Shown: in pieces, positions 37,855-48,117 of the stretch
Layout: each line of letters begins with the position of its first letter
Numbering within the stretch: the first letter of the stretch is position 1
Assembly (NCBI GenBank): GCA_050916045.1
Contig: CP051526.1
Location: forward strand, 64,001 to 128,000
DNA from: Tepidisphaera sp.
GTDB taxonomy: Bacteria > Planctomycetota > Phycisphaerae > Phycisphaerales > UBA1924
DNA: 64,000 nt
Reading direction: 5' to 3'
Translations under genes and position numbers: made by a program
The notes under the pieces: generated by a model
Databases searched by the model: none
What the model was told of the DNA's origin: nothing
The model's input: the letters and a program-made list of their open reading frames with translations, nothing else

Positions 37855-40275
37855 ATGTTGGAACGATCCCGAGCGGTCTCTCTTCTGTCTGGAGCCGTGG
37901 CCGGCGCAAGCATGGCGGCCGCCCTTGTTGCTGCCGCCGGGATGGGCGGATGCGCGGCCCGGTCCGGCGATCCGGAAGTCACGGTGGTGTTCAACCGCCG
38001 GGACATTCAGCCCCCGATGGCGGTCAAGCCCGAGGGCTGGGTCATGAGCAAGCGCGAGAAGAAGCTCGGCCCGCCTCCCCCCGGACATCCCAAGATCGTT
38101 GGCGGTGCTGTCCCCGATTGGCAGCCCTTCGGCGATCGCGGCGGCGGGCTCAACTGGGTGTCGATCGGCCCCCGGCCGATCTCAAGCGAGGTCTGGTCCG
38201 GGGAGGGGAACGCTTCGGGCCGGGTGGCGAGCGTGGCGCCGCACCCGACGGATCCGAACACGGTGTACATCGCGGCCGCTTCGGGCGGGGTGTGGAAGAC
38301 GACCAACGGCGGCACCTCGTGGACGCCGATGTCGGACGGGCTTTCGACGTTGAACTCGGGGGCGATCGTCGTTCATCCGGCGGATCCGAACATGGTGATC
38401 CTGGGCACCGGTGAGCAGCCGACGGACTCCAACGGCGATGGGGTCTTCCGGTCGCTGGACGGCGGAGCGACCTGGGCGCGGATCGGCACGGCGGCGCAGG
38501 TTGGTTCTCAGATCGCCGAGATCGCGGTCCACCCGACCAACACGAACATCATCCACGTGGCGGGAAGCCGGGGGTACGTGCGGACGACCGACGGGGGCGC
38601 GACCTGGTCCCAGCGTCTGACCGGGACGTGCAACAGCGTGCGGATTGACCCGACCAACCCGGACACGCTTCTGATCGGGCGGAGCGGGCTGGGCGTCTAC
38701 CGGACGACCAACGGCGGCACGACGGTGACGCGGATCACGGCGGGTTTGCCGACGTCGGGCATCTCGGACACGCACGTGACGATCTGCGAGGGGACGCCGA
38801 GCGTCGCGTATGCGGCGATCCTCTCCTCCGGTGGCGGGTTGCAGGGGCTTTACCGGTCGGCGGACGGCGGCGTGACGTGGGCGGTCAAGCCTTCGACGCC
38901 GAACTTCTGCTCGCCGCAGTGCTGGTACGACGTCTATGTCGAGGTCGATCCGACGAACCCCAATCGCGTCTTCTGCGGCGGGGTGGATCCGCGGTACGCG
39001 GTGGCGGGCGTGATCCGCTCGACCAACGGCGGCGACACATGGACCGAGGTTTCCGCGTACAGCGGGGGGACGCTGCACCCGGACCATCACGACATGGGCT
39101 TTGGGCCTAGCGGGACGATCTGGGAAGCCAACGACGGCGGGGTGTGGAAATCGACCAACGGCGGAACGTCGTGGATCAACTGCAACTCGAATCTGGCGAT
39201 CAGCCAGCTTTACAACATCGTGGTGCACCCGAACTTCCCGGAGCGGATGCTCGGGGGGACGCAGGACAACGGGACTCCGGAGCGTGTGAGCGATTCGAGC
39301 ACATGGCCTCAGTTGCAATCCGGTGACGGTGGCTTCTCGGCGTACGACTACAGCGGGACGACGCGGCGGTACACGACGTACGTGTATCTGACGCTTTACC
39401 GCTGGAATTCCGGGAGCTCGCGGGACATCTCGGGTGATTGGGGGAGCGATCCGACGAACTGGATCAGCCCGGTGGTGGTGGACCCGACGACGCCGACGAC
39501 GCTTGTGGCTGGGACCAACCGCGTGTGGCGGACGACCAACGCGAGCGCGACCACGCCGACCTGGACGGCGGTCAGCACCAGCGCGGTGGGAGCCGGCGGG
39601 ACGATCAACGCTCTTGCGGTCGCGAAGACCAATTCGAGCGTGATCTATTCCGGATCGTCGACGGGCGATGTCTTTGTGACAACCAACGTGACGACGTGGA
39701 CGAATCGGTCCAGCGGGCTGCCCAACGGGGCGATCAGCGACATCATCGTCTCGCCGACGGATGCGGCGATGGCGTACGTGTCGTACTTCAACACTTCGGG
39801 GGGCCGGATCTGGAGGACGACCAACTCGGGCGTGACGTGGACGAACGTGACGGGCACGCTGCCGGACGGAGTGGGCGTGACGGCGATGGAGGTCGACTTT
39901 GGTCCGGCGGTTCCCGCGATCTACGCGGGGTACGGAGCGGGCCTTTACTGCTCGACCGACGGGGGCGCGACCTGGACCAGGAACAACGGGACCTTCCCGA
40001 ACGTCAACGTCGGGGATCTGACCATCGACCGGGCGCGGCGGACGATCGCGGCCGGGACGTACGGCCGCGGAGCGTGGCGGGCGAGCCTGCCGGCGGTCTG
40101 CCCCGCGGACTTCAACGGGGACGGGTTCATCGATTTCTTCGACTACGACGACTATGTCGGGTGCTTTGAGTCCGGTGTCTGTCCTGCCGGGCGGACCGCG
40201 GACTTCAATGGCGACCAGTTCGTCGACTTCTTCGACTACGACGCGTTCGTGGCTGCTTTCGAGGCCGGCTGCTGA
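37855..40275 (+). CDS. Secreted BNR/Asp-box beta-propeller protein (VPS10/GH74-like) with GC-terminated dockerin tag
   Basis: Many (S/T)x(D/N)GGxTW repeats, GGTQDNGT, AGTYGRGAW; ends FEAGC. Confidence 0.9.
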   Translation: MLERSRAVSLLSGAVAGASMAAALVAAAGMGGCAARSGDPEVTVVFNRRDIQPPMAVKPEGWVMSKREKKLGPPPPGHPKIVGGAVPDWQPFGDRGGGLNWVSIGPRPISSEVWSGEGNASGRVASVAPHPTDPNTVYIAAASGGVWKTTNGGTSWTPMSDGLSTLNSGAIVVHPADPNMVILGTGEQPTDSNGDGVFRSLDGGATWARIGTAAQVGSQIAEIAVHPTNTNIIHVAGSRGYVRTTDGGATWSQRLTGTCNSVRIDPTNPDTLLIGRSGLGVYRTTNGGTTVTRITAGLPTSGISDTHVTICEGTPSVAYAAILSSGGGLQGLYRSADGGVTWAVKPSTPNFCSPQCWYDVYVEVDPTNPNRVFCGGVDPRYAVAGVIRSTNGGDTWTEVSAYSGGTLHPDHHDMGFGPSGTIWEANDGGVWKSTNGGTSWINCNSNLAISQLYNIVVHPNFPERMLGGTQDNGTPERVSDSSTWPQLQSGDGGFSAYDYSGTTRRYTTYVYLTLYRWNSGSSRDISGDWGSDPTNWISPVVVDPTTPTTLVAGTNRVWRTTNASATTPTWTAVSTSAVGAGGTINALAVAKTNSSVIYSGSSTGDVFVTTNVTTWTNRSSGLPNGAISDIIVSPTDAAMAYVSYFNTSGGRIWRTTNSGVTWTNVTGTLPDGVGVTAMEVDFGPAVPAIYAGYGAGLYCSTDGGATWTRNNGTFPNVNVGDLTIDRARRTIAAGTYGRGAWRASLPAVCPADFNGDGFIDFFDYDDYVGCFESGVCPAGRTADFNGDQFVDFFDYDAFVAAFEAGC

Positions 40276-40323
40276 CAGCCCCGCGTCCGAGAAGCGCCGC
40301 AGCGTTTTGCGTCTGTAAGGCGT

Positions 40324-40351
40324 TTGCGTTACGGCGTCCGCGCGGTATTCT
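40324..40351 (+). promoter_or_regulatory. Candidate sigma70 promoter
   Basis: TTGCGT-N16-TATTCT upstream of the metalloprotease. Confidence 0.45.
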
Positions 40352-40401
40352 GCACGTTCGCGACGGCCTTTGGATGGGCTTCCGCGTTCGTGGAGAGAGT
40401 C

Positions 40402-43332
40402 ATGAAGTTGAAGGCATGGTTCGCGGCGGTTGCGATCGCGATGACGGGTTCTTTCGTGCGGGCCGAGGATGTTTCGCGCGACGGCGTGTGGTACACGGTT
40501 CCGTCGGTGCCGGCGGAAATCGCGGCGATGGAAGCGTGGATCCGCCCGACGGTCGGCCAGACGCTGATGCTCGATGATGTCGCGATCCAAGGCGTGCTGG
40601 CGGCGGCTCCGCTTGAGGACACGCCGGCCGCCGAAGCTCCGATCGTCGTGTGGATGCCGCGTCCGGACGGGACGTTCGAGCGTTTCTACGCGGTGGAAAG
40701 CCCGATCCTGTCGCCCGATTTCGCGGCGCTCCGGCCCGATCTCAAGACCTACCGCGGGTGGGGCATCGACGATCCGCATGCGACGACGCGGTTTGACCGC
40801 ACCCCCGAGGGCTTCCATGCGATCGTGCTCTCGCCTTCGGGCCAGTATCACGTGGACCCGTACTCCAAGGGCGATGTGTCCTTCTACACGAGCTATTTCA
40901 AGAAGGACTACGTGAAGCCGGGGATGCACCAGTGGGCGTGCCAGGTGGTCGAGGACGGGCACATTCCCGACGCGATCGGGCCGATTGATCCCTTTGACAG
41001 CCGGGCGATCGTCAACCGCCGCCAGTACAGGCTTGCGCTCGCGGCGACGGGCGAGTACACGGCGTTCTTCGCCCAGGCGGGAGATACGGATGCGCAGAAG
41101 CGTGCCCGGGCGCAGAGCGCGATGACGACGAGCATCAACCGGGTGAATGCGGTGTATGAGAACGACTTGGGCATCCGTTTGCAGCTGATCAACAACACCA
41201 GCATCATCTACACGTCGACCGCGGACCCTTACACCAACAACGACGGCGTCGCCATGCTCACCCAGAACCAGTCGAACCTCGACTCGGTGATCGGTTCGGC
41301 GAACTATGACGTCGGGCACGTCTTCTCGACCGGCGGCGGCGGGGTCGCCGTGCTTGGGGCGACCTGCCGTGCGGGGAACAAAGCCCGCGGCGTGACCGGG
41401 TCCGGTGCGCCGGTGGGCGATCCGTTCGACATCGACTATGTGGCTCACGAGATTGGCCATCAGTTCGGAGGGCCGCACACGTTCGCGGGCACGGTCTCGG
41501 CGTGCTCGGGCAACGCCAGCTCGGCGGACTCGTACGAGCCGGGCTCGGGCTCGACGATCATGGCGTACGCGGGCATCTGCGGTTCGGACAATCTGCAGTC
41601 GAACTCGAACTCCTACTTCCACCATTCGAGCATCCAGCGGATCCTGGCGTATGTCGCCGGAAGCGGGAACTGCTCGGCGAACACGGCGACGACGAACAAC
41701 ACGCCGGTGATCAGCGCCGGGGCGAACTTCACGATCCCGGTGGGGACGGCTTTCGCGCTGACGCCCGCTTCGGCATCGGACCCTGACGGGGACCCGCTGA
41801 CGTTCACGTGGGAGCAGCGGGACACCGGCGTTCGGGCGATTCCTGCGGCGGACCCGGGGAATGGCTCGATCTTCCGCCCGCGGTCGCCGACGGCCAACTC
41901 GACGCAGTACTTCCCGCCGCTTGACGACGTCGCGGACGGCACGCTTGACCGCGGCGATCTCTATCCGGCGACGTCGCGGACGCTGAACTTCCGGCTGACG
42001 GCTCGGGACAACCGGGTTGGCGGCGGCGGCGTGACGGTGACGGCGACGAACCGCGTGATCACGGTCACGACGGCGGCGGGCCCTTTCCGCGTGACGTCTC
42101 CGAACACGGCGCTGACGTTCAGCGGGAACTCGGCGATCACGGTGACGTGGGACGTGGCGGGCACGACGGCCAACGGCGTGAACTGTGCCAACGTCGACAT
42201 CCTGATCTCGACCGACGGCGGGCTGACGTTCCCGACGGTGCTGGCTTCGGCGGTGACCAATGACGGGTCGCAGCAGGTGACGCTTCCGAACGTGCAGACG
42301 AATTTGGGGCGGATCATGGTCCGGGGTTCGGGCCACATCTTCTTTGACATGTCGAACGCTTCGTTCCGCATCAATCAGGTGGCACAGCCGCCGGCGGATC
42401 CGACGAACGCTCAGGCGACGCCCTCGCTGATCTGCGTGGGTGCCCAGACGCAGCTCACGGCGACGGTGGGATCGGGCGTGGTGGTGGACTGGTACCTCGC
42501 GACGTGCGGCGGGCCGCTTGTGGGGACCGGCAACCCGCTGACGATCAGCCCGTCGAGCTCGGGCGTGTATTTCGCGCGGGCCCGGCGGACGAGCGACAAC
42601 CAGGTGAGCGCCGGGTGCGCCACGGCGACCGTGCACGTGACACAGAACGCGGTGGCTCCGACCTCGGCGAGCAGCGACCGCACGCAGGTGTGCGCTGGCG
42701 ATGGAACGATCACGCTTTCGGCGACGGGCGGGTCGGGGACGACGCTTCGGTGGACGACCGGCGCGTGCGGTGGCACGACGGTGGCATCGGGGAACAACGC
42801 GGTGATCCCTGCTCCGACGGAGACGACGACGTACTTCGCCCGCTGGGAGAACACCTGCGGGGTGTCCGAATGCCAGAGCGTCACGGTGAACGTGACGGCC
42901 GGTTCCACGCCCCCGACGGCGGCGTCGGCGGACCGTTCGGAGGTCTGTGCGACCGATCCGGGGCAGGTGCTTCTGACGGCGGCGGGCGGTTCGGGCGGCC
43001 AGCTCAACTGGTACTCGGGCTCGTGCGGCGGCACCCTCGTGGGGACTGGAGCGGCGCTGCTGGTCGACTCGCCGGAGGTCACGACGACGTACTTTGCGTC
43101 GTGGACGGGCGATTGCGGCGACTCGGCGTGCGCATCGGTGACGGTGTCGGTTGCGAACGGGCCGGACTTCAACGGCGACGGGTTCGTGGACTTCTTCGAT
43201 TATGACGACTTTGTCGCGTGCTACGAGGGTGTGACGTGCCCGCCGGGCATCGACGCGGACTTCAACGGCGACGGATTCGTGGACTTCTTCGACTACGACG
43301 ACTTCGTGGTCGCCTATGAGGAGGGTTGCTGA
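40402..43332 (+). CDS. Secreted reprolysin-like (M12B) zinc metalloprotease with Ig-like repeats and GC-terminated dockerin tag
   Basis: HEIGHQFGGPH, Met-turn EPGSGSTIMAYAG; three W..CGG..YFA repeats; ends YEEGC. Confidence 0.93.
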   Translation: MKLKAWFAAVAIAMTGSFVRAEDVSRDGVWYTVPSVPAEIAAMEAWIRPTVGQTLMLDDVAIQGVLAAAPLEDTPAAEAPIVVWMPRPDGTFERFYAVESPILSPDFAALRPDLKTYRGWGIDDPHATTRFDRTPEGFHAIVLSPSGQYHVDPYSKGDVSFYTSYFKKDYVKPGMHQWACQVVEDGHIPDAIGPIDPFDSRAIVNRRQYRLALAATGEYTAFFAQAGDTDAQKRARAQSAMTTSINRVNAVYENDLGIRLQLINNTSIIYTSTADPYTNNDGVAMLTQNQSNLDSVIGSANYDVGHVFSTGGGGVAVLGATCRAGNKARGVTGSGAPVGDPFDIDYVAHEIGHQFGGPHTFAGTVSACSGNASSADSYEPGSGSTIMAYAGICGSDNLQSNSNSYFHHSSIQRILAYVAGSGNCSANTATTNNTPVISAGANFTIPVGTAFALTPASASDPDGDPLTFTWEQRDTGVRAIPAADPGNGSIFRPRSPTANSTQYFPPLDDVADGTLDRGDLYPATSRTLNFRLTARDNRVGGGGVTVTATNRVITVTTAAGPFRVTSPNTALTFSGNSAITVTWDVAGTTANGVNCANVDILISTDGGLTFPTVLASAVTNDGSQQVTLPNVQTNLGRIMVRGSGHIFFDMSNASFRINQVAQPPADPTNAQATPSLICVGAQTQLTATVGSGVVVDWYLATCGGPLVGTGNPLTISPSSSGVYFARARRTSDNQVSAGCATATVHVTQNAVAPTSASSDRTQVCAGDGTITLSATGGSGTTLRWTTGACGGTTVASGNNAVIPAPTETTTYFARWENTCGVSECQSVTVNVTAGSTPPTAASADRSEVCATDPGQVLLTAAGGSGGQLNWYSGSCGGTLVGTGAALLVDSPEVTTTYFASWTGDCGDSACASVTVSVANGPDFNGDGFVDFFDYDDFVACYEGVTCPPGIDADFNGDGFVDFFDYDDFVVAYEEGC

Positions 43333-43398
43333 CCCGTGATCGGAAGGTGTTTGGAGGGGCCGCTCGCTTTTTGAGCGCGGATGGACGATGATGGGGGT

Positions 43399-44946
43399 AT
43401 GGATGATCTGGGACAGAAGCCGAATCCGTTCGCGGGGGATCGCTGGGGCTCTGCGCCCGCACCGGTAGCCGGGGAGCCCACGCTCCAAACCCGTCCGGAT
43501 CGCGGCACCCCCGGCACGGCGATGCTCGCGTGGATCGCCATGGTGGTCCTTGTCGGCTCGACCTTCATCATGCAGCAGATGTCCGCTTCGGCGCCCCCAC
43601 CGGCGACGCCGACGACCGGCATCGCGCCGCCGCGTGCGGACGACCCGGAAGCGATGACCCTCAAGCTTCTGGTCAAGATGGGCCACTTCCTCGATCGCAT
43701 GGCCAAGCAAGGGGGCGGCAACCAACCCCAAGCCGGCGGAGCGATGCTCGCCAACGCGGACTCGGCCGCCAACACCCCGGAGAACCGGGTTCGCGCTGCG
43801 ATCGTCGCGGGTGAGCTCGGTGGAGCGGGCGAAGCCGAGTCGCGCCTGATGGAACTCAAGGACGACCTCGAATCCACAAGCCCTCCGAAATGGGAGAAGC
43901 TGCCGGACGAGGATCGACGCGTTTTGACCGAGGACACGAAAGCGCTCCTCGAGTTCTACGGCGCGGGCACGGCTCTGACGCCGGCGGCCGAGGATGAACT
44001 GGTCAAGCGTCACGGCTACTTCGGCAAGCTCGCTGCGACGTTCGGCAAGCCCGATACGGATTCGGACCGAGCCGAGCTTCTGGATGGCGGGGGCAAGCTG
44101 ATCGCCCTGCTCGGTGGATTTGGGCTTCTGGTGGTCGCGGTGATCCTGGGCGGGCTGGCGACGTTCGTCGTGATGACCGTGCTTCTGTTCGCGGGCCGGC
44201 TTCGGGCGAGGTTTGTGCCTCCGATTCCCGGCGGGAGCGTGTACCTCGAGACGGCGGCGGTCTTCTTCTTCGGCTTCCTGATGCTTCAGGTGATGATGTC
44301 GGTGGTGGTGGCGAATCAGTGGGTCGCGGAATCGAACGCCCTTTATGTGTCCCTGGGTGCTCAGTGGTTCCTGGTTCCGCTGATGCTTTGGCCGGTGGTT
44401 CGCGGGACGTCGTTCTCCCAGTGGCGGCGTGACATGGGCTTGCACGCGGGCGAGGGGTTCTTCACGGAGCTTGGAGCCGGACTGGTCGGGTATCTCGCGG
44501 GGATTCCGCTGCTGCTGATCGCGATGGTGGTTTCGCTGGTCGCGGCGATGGTCAAGCAGGGGCTTGCGGGTCCGGGTGAGCCGCCCGCGGTTGAGAATCC
44601 GGTGGTGGAGCTGGTCACCAAGGGTGGGATCGCGCCGTGGCTTTTGTTTGCGTTGGGGACGATTTGGGCGCCGCTGGTCGAGGAGTGCATCTTCCGGGGG
44701 GCGATGTTCCGGCATTTGCGGGGTCGCTTGGGCGTGGTGCTTTCGGCGGCGATCGTGGCGGTGGCGTTCGGCGCCGCTCACGGGTACGAGTGGATGATGC
44801 TCGGTCCGGTGATCGCGCTGGGGTTCAATTTCTCGCTGATGCGCGAGTGGAGGGGTTCGCTGATCGGTCCGATCGCGGCGCACTGCTTGCACAACGCGAC
44901 GGTGCTTCTGATGGTGATCACGCTCTTCTCGCTTCTGAAGGACTGA
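43399..44946 (+). CDS. CPBP (Abi/Rce1-like) intramembrane protease with a large N-terminal soluble domain
   Basis: EECIFRG, FGAAH and HCLHN motifs; multiple TM helices. Confidence 0.9.
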   Translation: MDDLGQKPNPFAGDRWGSAPAPVAGEPTLQTRPDRGTPGTAMLAWIAMVVLVGSTFIMQQMSASAPPPATPTTGIAPPRADDPEAMTLKLLVKMGHFLDRMAKQGGGNQPQAGGAMLANADSAANTPENRVRAAIVAGELGGAGEAESRLMELKDDLESTSPPKWEKLPDEDRRVLTEDTKALLEFYGAGTALTPAAEDELVKRHGYFGKLAATFGKPDTDSDRAELLDGGGKLIALLGGFGLLVVAVILGGLATFVVMTVLLFAGRLRARFVPPIPGGSVYLETAAVFFFGFLMLQVMMSVVVANQWVAESNALYVSLGAQWFLVPLMLWPVVRGTSFSQWRRDMGLHAGEGFFTELGAGLVGYLAGIPLLLIAMVVSLVAAMVKQGLAGPGEPPAVENPVVELVTKGGIAPWLLFALGTIWAPLVEECIFRGAMFRHLRGRLGVVLSAAIVAVAFGAAHGYEWMMLGPVIALGFNFSLMREWRGSLIGPIAAHCLHNATVLLMVITLFSLLKD

Positions 44947-44949
44947 CGC

Positions 44950-46125
44950 GTGAAGGACGAGAGGCCCTTGCTGCTTGCGGTGGTGGCTTTCCTGACGCCC
45001 TTTCGGCATCAGTTCCTCGAGCGCGTCGCGCGCGAGATGCCGGAGTATCGCCTCAAGGTGGTCCTGACGCAGAACCCAGACTGGGGACCCTGGCAGTACA
45101 CGCACGTGGACGGCAAGCCCGTCGTCAACCTCGGCGTCGGCAAGCCGTGGCAATACCACCACGGATGGAAAGCCAGCATCCGCGCGGACATGCGGACCTT
45201 TCATCACCTCGCGGCGATCCTGAAAGAGGACCGGCCCTCACGGGTTTTCCTCGTCGGGTACAGCTACTGGTCGCACACCCGCTTCATTCTGAGGTGCCAC
45301 AAGCTCGGCATCCCGCTCGCGCTCTGGGGTGACAGCAACGTGCTGGGCGACAAGCCGCGGGGTGTCCGCGGGGCGCTGAAGAAGATCCTCCTCCCGATGC
45401 TGATCCGGCGATGCGCGGCGGTGCTGCCGTGCGGCTCGTCGGGACGGGCGTTCTTCAAGCGGTACGGCGCGGCCGAGGAGCGCATGTTCCTCTGCCCGGC
45501 CGATCCCGATTACACGCTGATTGATCGTCCTGACCCCGCGATTCTGGAAAGCGTCGCCGGTCGATTCGGGCTCGATCCTGCTCGCAAGCGGATCATTTGC
45601 TGCGCCCGCTTGGTCTCGCTCAAGCGCTTCGACGCCGCGATCGACGCGTTTGTGAAGCTCGCCGCCGAGCGTCCGGAGTGGGACCTGGTGATCGTGGGCG
45701 ATGGAGAGATGCGCGAGCCTTGGCAAGCTCGCGTGCCGGCCGAGCTCAAGCACCGGGTGATCTGGACAGGCTTCCTCAAGGACCCCGCGGAGACCGCCGC
45801 GATATACCGGTGGTCGCACGTCTTCGTGCACCCCGGCGATCTCGAAGCCTGGGGTGTGGTGGTTCTCGAAGCGGCCGCGGCCGGCCTTGCCATGATCGTC
45901 AGCGAGGTCGTCGGAGCCGCGGTTGACCTTGTGCGCGATGGCGAGAACGGCCGGCTGGTGCCCCCCGGGGACGCGGCGGCGGTTGAACGGGCTCTCCGCG
46001 AGGTCACCGATCCGGCCAAACTGGAGCCGATGCGGGAGGCTTCGCGGCGGATCAGCGCGGCTTTCCGCAAAAACGCCGGCGCCGTCGAAGGACTTCGACG
46101 GGCGTTGGCGTTGCGTCAGGCCTAA
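44950..46125 (+). CDS. GT4-family glycosyltransferase
   Basis: ARLVSLKRFD, LVIVGDG, EAWGVVVLEAAAAG, DGENG. Confidence 0.9.
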   Translation: MKDERPLLLAVVAFLTPFRHQFLERVAREMPEYRLKVVLTQNPDWGPWQYTHVDGKPVVNLGVGKPWQYHHGWKASIRADMRTFHHLAAILKEDRPSRVFLVGYSYWSHTRFILRCHKLGIPLALWGDSNVLGDKPRGVRGALKKILLPMLIRRCAAVLPCGSSGRAFFKRYGAAEERMFLCPADPDYTLIDRPDPAILESVAGRFGLDPARKRIICCARLVSLKRFDAAIDAFVKLAAERPEWDLVIVGDGEMREPWQARVPAELKHRVIWTGFLKDPAETAAIYRWSHVFVHPGDLEAWGVVVLEAAAAGLAMIVSEVVGAAVDLVRDGENGRLVPPGDAAAVERALREVTDPAKLEPMREASRRISAAFRKNAGAVEGLRRALALRQA

Positions 46126-46147
46126 GCCTGGAAGAACCGGATGTCGA

Positions 46148-46717
46148 TCAGCAGCCGGCCTGGAAAGCTTCGACGAAAGCGTCGTAGTCGAAGAAGTCGA
46201 CGAAATCATCCCCGTTGAAGTCCGCGGTGCCGTGAGCGCAAGCGTTGTTGTCCTCGAAGCAGGCGACGAATTCGTCGTAGTCGAAGAAATCGAGGAAGCC
46301 GTCCATGTTGTAATCCGCGGCGCACGCCGGATCGACGATGTCCAGCCGGGCCCCGAGGTTGGAGTGCACGCTGCACTGGTAGTACAAGGTGTTGGGCGCA
46401 TCCATCGGGACCGCGAACGTCATGGCTTGGTTGCCGAAGACCGAGGTTCCGGGATTCACGCCGTTGAGGTACCGCCCCGGACCACCGAACCCGCCGGTTG
46501 AGCTTGTGGTGATGTAGAAGGGGTGGGCGGCAGGGATGTTCACCATTTGGAAGGTATAGGTGACGCCTCGGGTGAGGGTCAGAGCGGCTCGCGGCACCCC
46601 GTTGACGTTGTAGAAGGACCCGAAGGTGATGCAGTACGTGTCCGCGTCCGGAACGCACTGGGCGAAAGCGGAGGAGGAAGCGGCGAGCGCGAGAATCGCA
46701 GGGGCGACAATCTTCAT
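46148..46717 (-). CDS. Small secreted cupredoxin-like protein with GC-terminated dockerin tag
   Basis: Signal peptide SAFA-Q; LTLTRGVTYTF, HPFYI, LYYQCSVHSNLG; ends FQAGC. Confidence 0.8.
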   Translation of the reverse strand: MKIVAPAILALAASSSAFAQCVPDADTYCITFGSFYNVNGVPRAALTLTRGVTYTFQMVNIPAAHPFYITTSSTGGFGGPGRYLNGVNPGTSVFGNQAMTFAVPMDAPNTLYYQCSVHSNLGARLDIVDPACAADYNMDGFLDFFDYDEFVACFEDNNACAHGTADFNGDDFVDFFDYDAFVEAFQAGC

Positions 46718-46770
46718 GCAAAGCTCCATGTGGGTTGGACCGCGACCCGGGCCTCTTGATGGGGTCGGGC

Positions 46771-46779
46771 TGTGGATAA
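46771..46779 (-). promoter_or_regulatory. Single perfect DnaA box
   Basis: TGTGGATAA (= TTATCCACA) in the intergenic region upstream of rplM. Confidence 0.35.
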
Positions 46780-47082
46780 GAAAAGATGTCGCGGAGGGGC
46801 GGTGATCTTGCGTTCGGGAGCTTGAGGGCCGACCGGGGCCGCCAAGACCGGGGAAAACACCGGGTCGGATTGGGGTTGGCCTGGGTGCGGTGCGTTGACT
46901 TCTGGGCGGAAGGGGTGAATGATCCTTTCCCCCACTGAGGGAATCATGCCGGATAGTCCGGCCCGTCCTGCCCGGGAGGCAGCGAACCGAACTCGCCCGC
47001 GAGGGCTTTGGGTGTTGTCGCCGATGGGCGGGAGCGTCCGGAGTCTGAGGGACGGGGTCGATTGAGTCTGACGAGGTGACGC

Positions 47083-47523
47083 ATGCATCGTCGTGAAACG
47101 TATTTGAACAAGCCCGGCACGATGTCGACGACCTGGCGGGTCGTGGACGCAGCCGACATCCCGCTGGGCCGTCTGGCTTCGGCTTTGGCGATCGTCCTTC
47201 AGGGCAAGCACCGTCCGGACTACACGCCGCACGTCCTTTCGGGCGAAGCGGTGGTGGTGCTGAACGGGAAGCAGGTCGCGATGACCGGCCGCAAGGGCGA
47301 GCAGCGGATGAAGCAGCGGTACACCGAGTACCCCGGCGGCCTGAAGATGGAGTCGTACAACCAGGTTCGCGACCGTGACTGCGAGCGTCTGATCCGCGAT
47401 GCGGTCCGCCGCATGCTCCCCAAGAACCGCCTCGCCCGGGTGATGCTCAAGAACCTGCACGTGTTCGAGGGCGCTGAACATCCTCACGGCGGTCACAAGC
47501 CGAAAGAGCTGGTCGTCGGGTAA
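47083..47523 (+). CDS. rplM: 50S ribosomal protein L13
   Basis: WRVVDA..LGRLAS..GKHRPDYTPH..YPGGLK..RMLPKN. Confidence 0.97.
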   Translation: MHRRETYLNKPGTMSTTWRVVDAADIPLGRLASALAIVLQGKHRPDYTPHVLSGEAVVVLNGKQVAMTGRKGEQRMKQRYTEYPGGLKMESYNQVRDRDCERLIRDAVRRMLPKNRLARVMLKNLHVFEGAEHPHGGHKPKELVVG

Positions 47524-47577
47524 GTCACACACCAACCAACACCCGGCTGGCACTGACCGCCGGATCACGAGGCACAC

Positions 47578-48117
47578 ATGAGCAGCATGAACCTGAGCAG
47601 CACGAAGATTGATCCCGCCTCGGCGGTGAGCGCGGCCCTCGCGGGGACCACGCCCGCGGCGGCCGAAGCCCCCAAGCCCTTGCGGATCGCCAAGGCGGCC
47701 GACAAGCGTGGCTGGTGGTGGGGTACCGGACGCCGCAAGACCGCGGTCGCCCGCGTGCGGATCCGCCTCGCCAAGGGCGAGCAGACCTTCACGATCCAGT
47801 CGATGGAGAAGAAGGTCAAGAAGACGGTTGAGAAGTTCTTCGCCGAGCTCCGCGACCGCAACGACTGCGTCCTTCCCCTCAAGGTCGCCGGGCTTGAAGG
47901 CAAGTTCGAGATCGTCGCCACCGTTCACGGCGGCGGCACGATGGGTCAGGCCCAGGCGATCCGCCTCGGTGTCGCCCGCGCCCTCGTCGGGTTTGATCCC
48001 AGCACCTACGCCGCTCTGCGTGCCGAGGGTCTCATGACCCGCGACGCCCGCGAGGTCGAGCGTAAGAAGTACGGTCAGGCTGGCGCTCGCCGCCGGTTCC
48101 AGTTCTCCAAGCGTTGA
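47578..48117 (+). CDS. rpsI: 30S ribosomal protein S9
   Basis: GTGRRKTAVARV, GGGTMGQAQAIR, ERKKYGQAGARRRFQFSKR. Confidence 0.97.
   Translation: MSSMNLSSTKIDPASAVSAALAGTTPAAAEAPKPLRIAKAADKRGWWWGTGRRKTAVARVRIRLAKGEQTFTIQSMEKKVKKTVEKFFAELRDRNDCVLPLKVAGLEGKFEIVATVHGGGTMGQAQAIRLGVARALVGFDPSTYAALRAEGLMTRDAREVERKKYGQAGARRRFQFSKR

Noticed and set aside
38182..45207. 2341-aa minus-strand ORF (also 3707-5797, 20296-21966, 33850-35655, 46714-49818, 55713-58067)
   Set aside because: Antisense shadows of well-supported genes. High GC and strong codon bias remove stops, and the translations are Arg/His/Val-rich with no motifs.
47578..47700. N-terminal extension on S9
   Set aside because: Low-complexity S9 extensions are common in several phyla.
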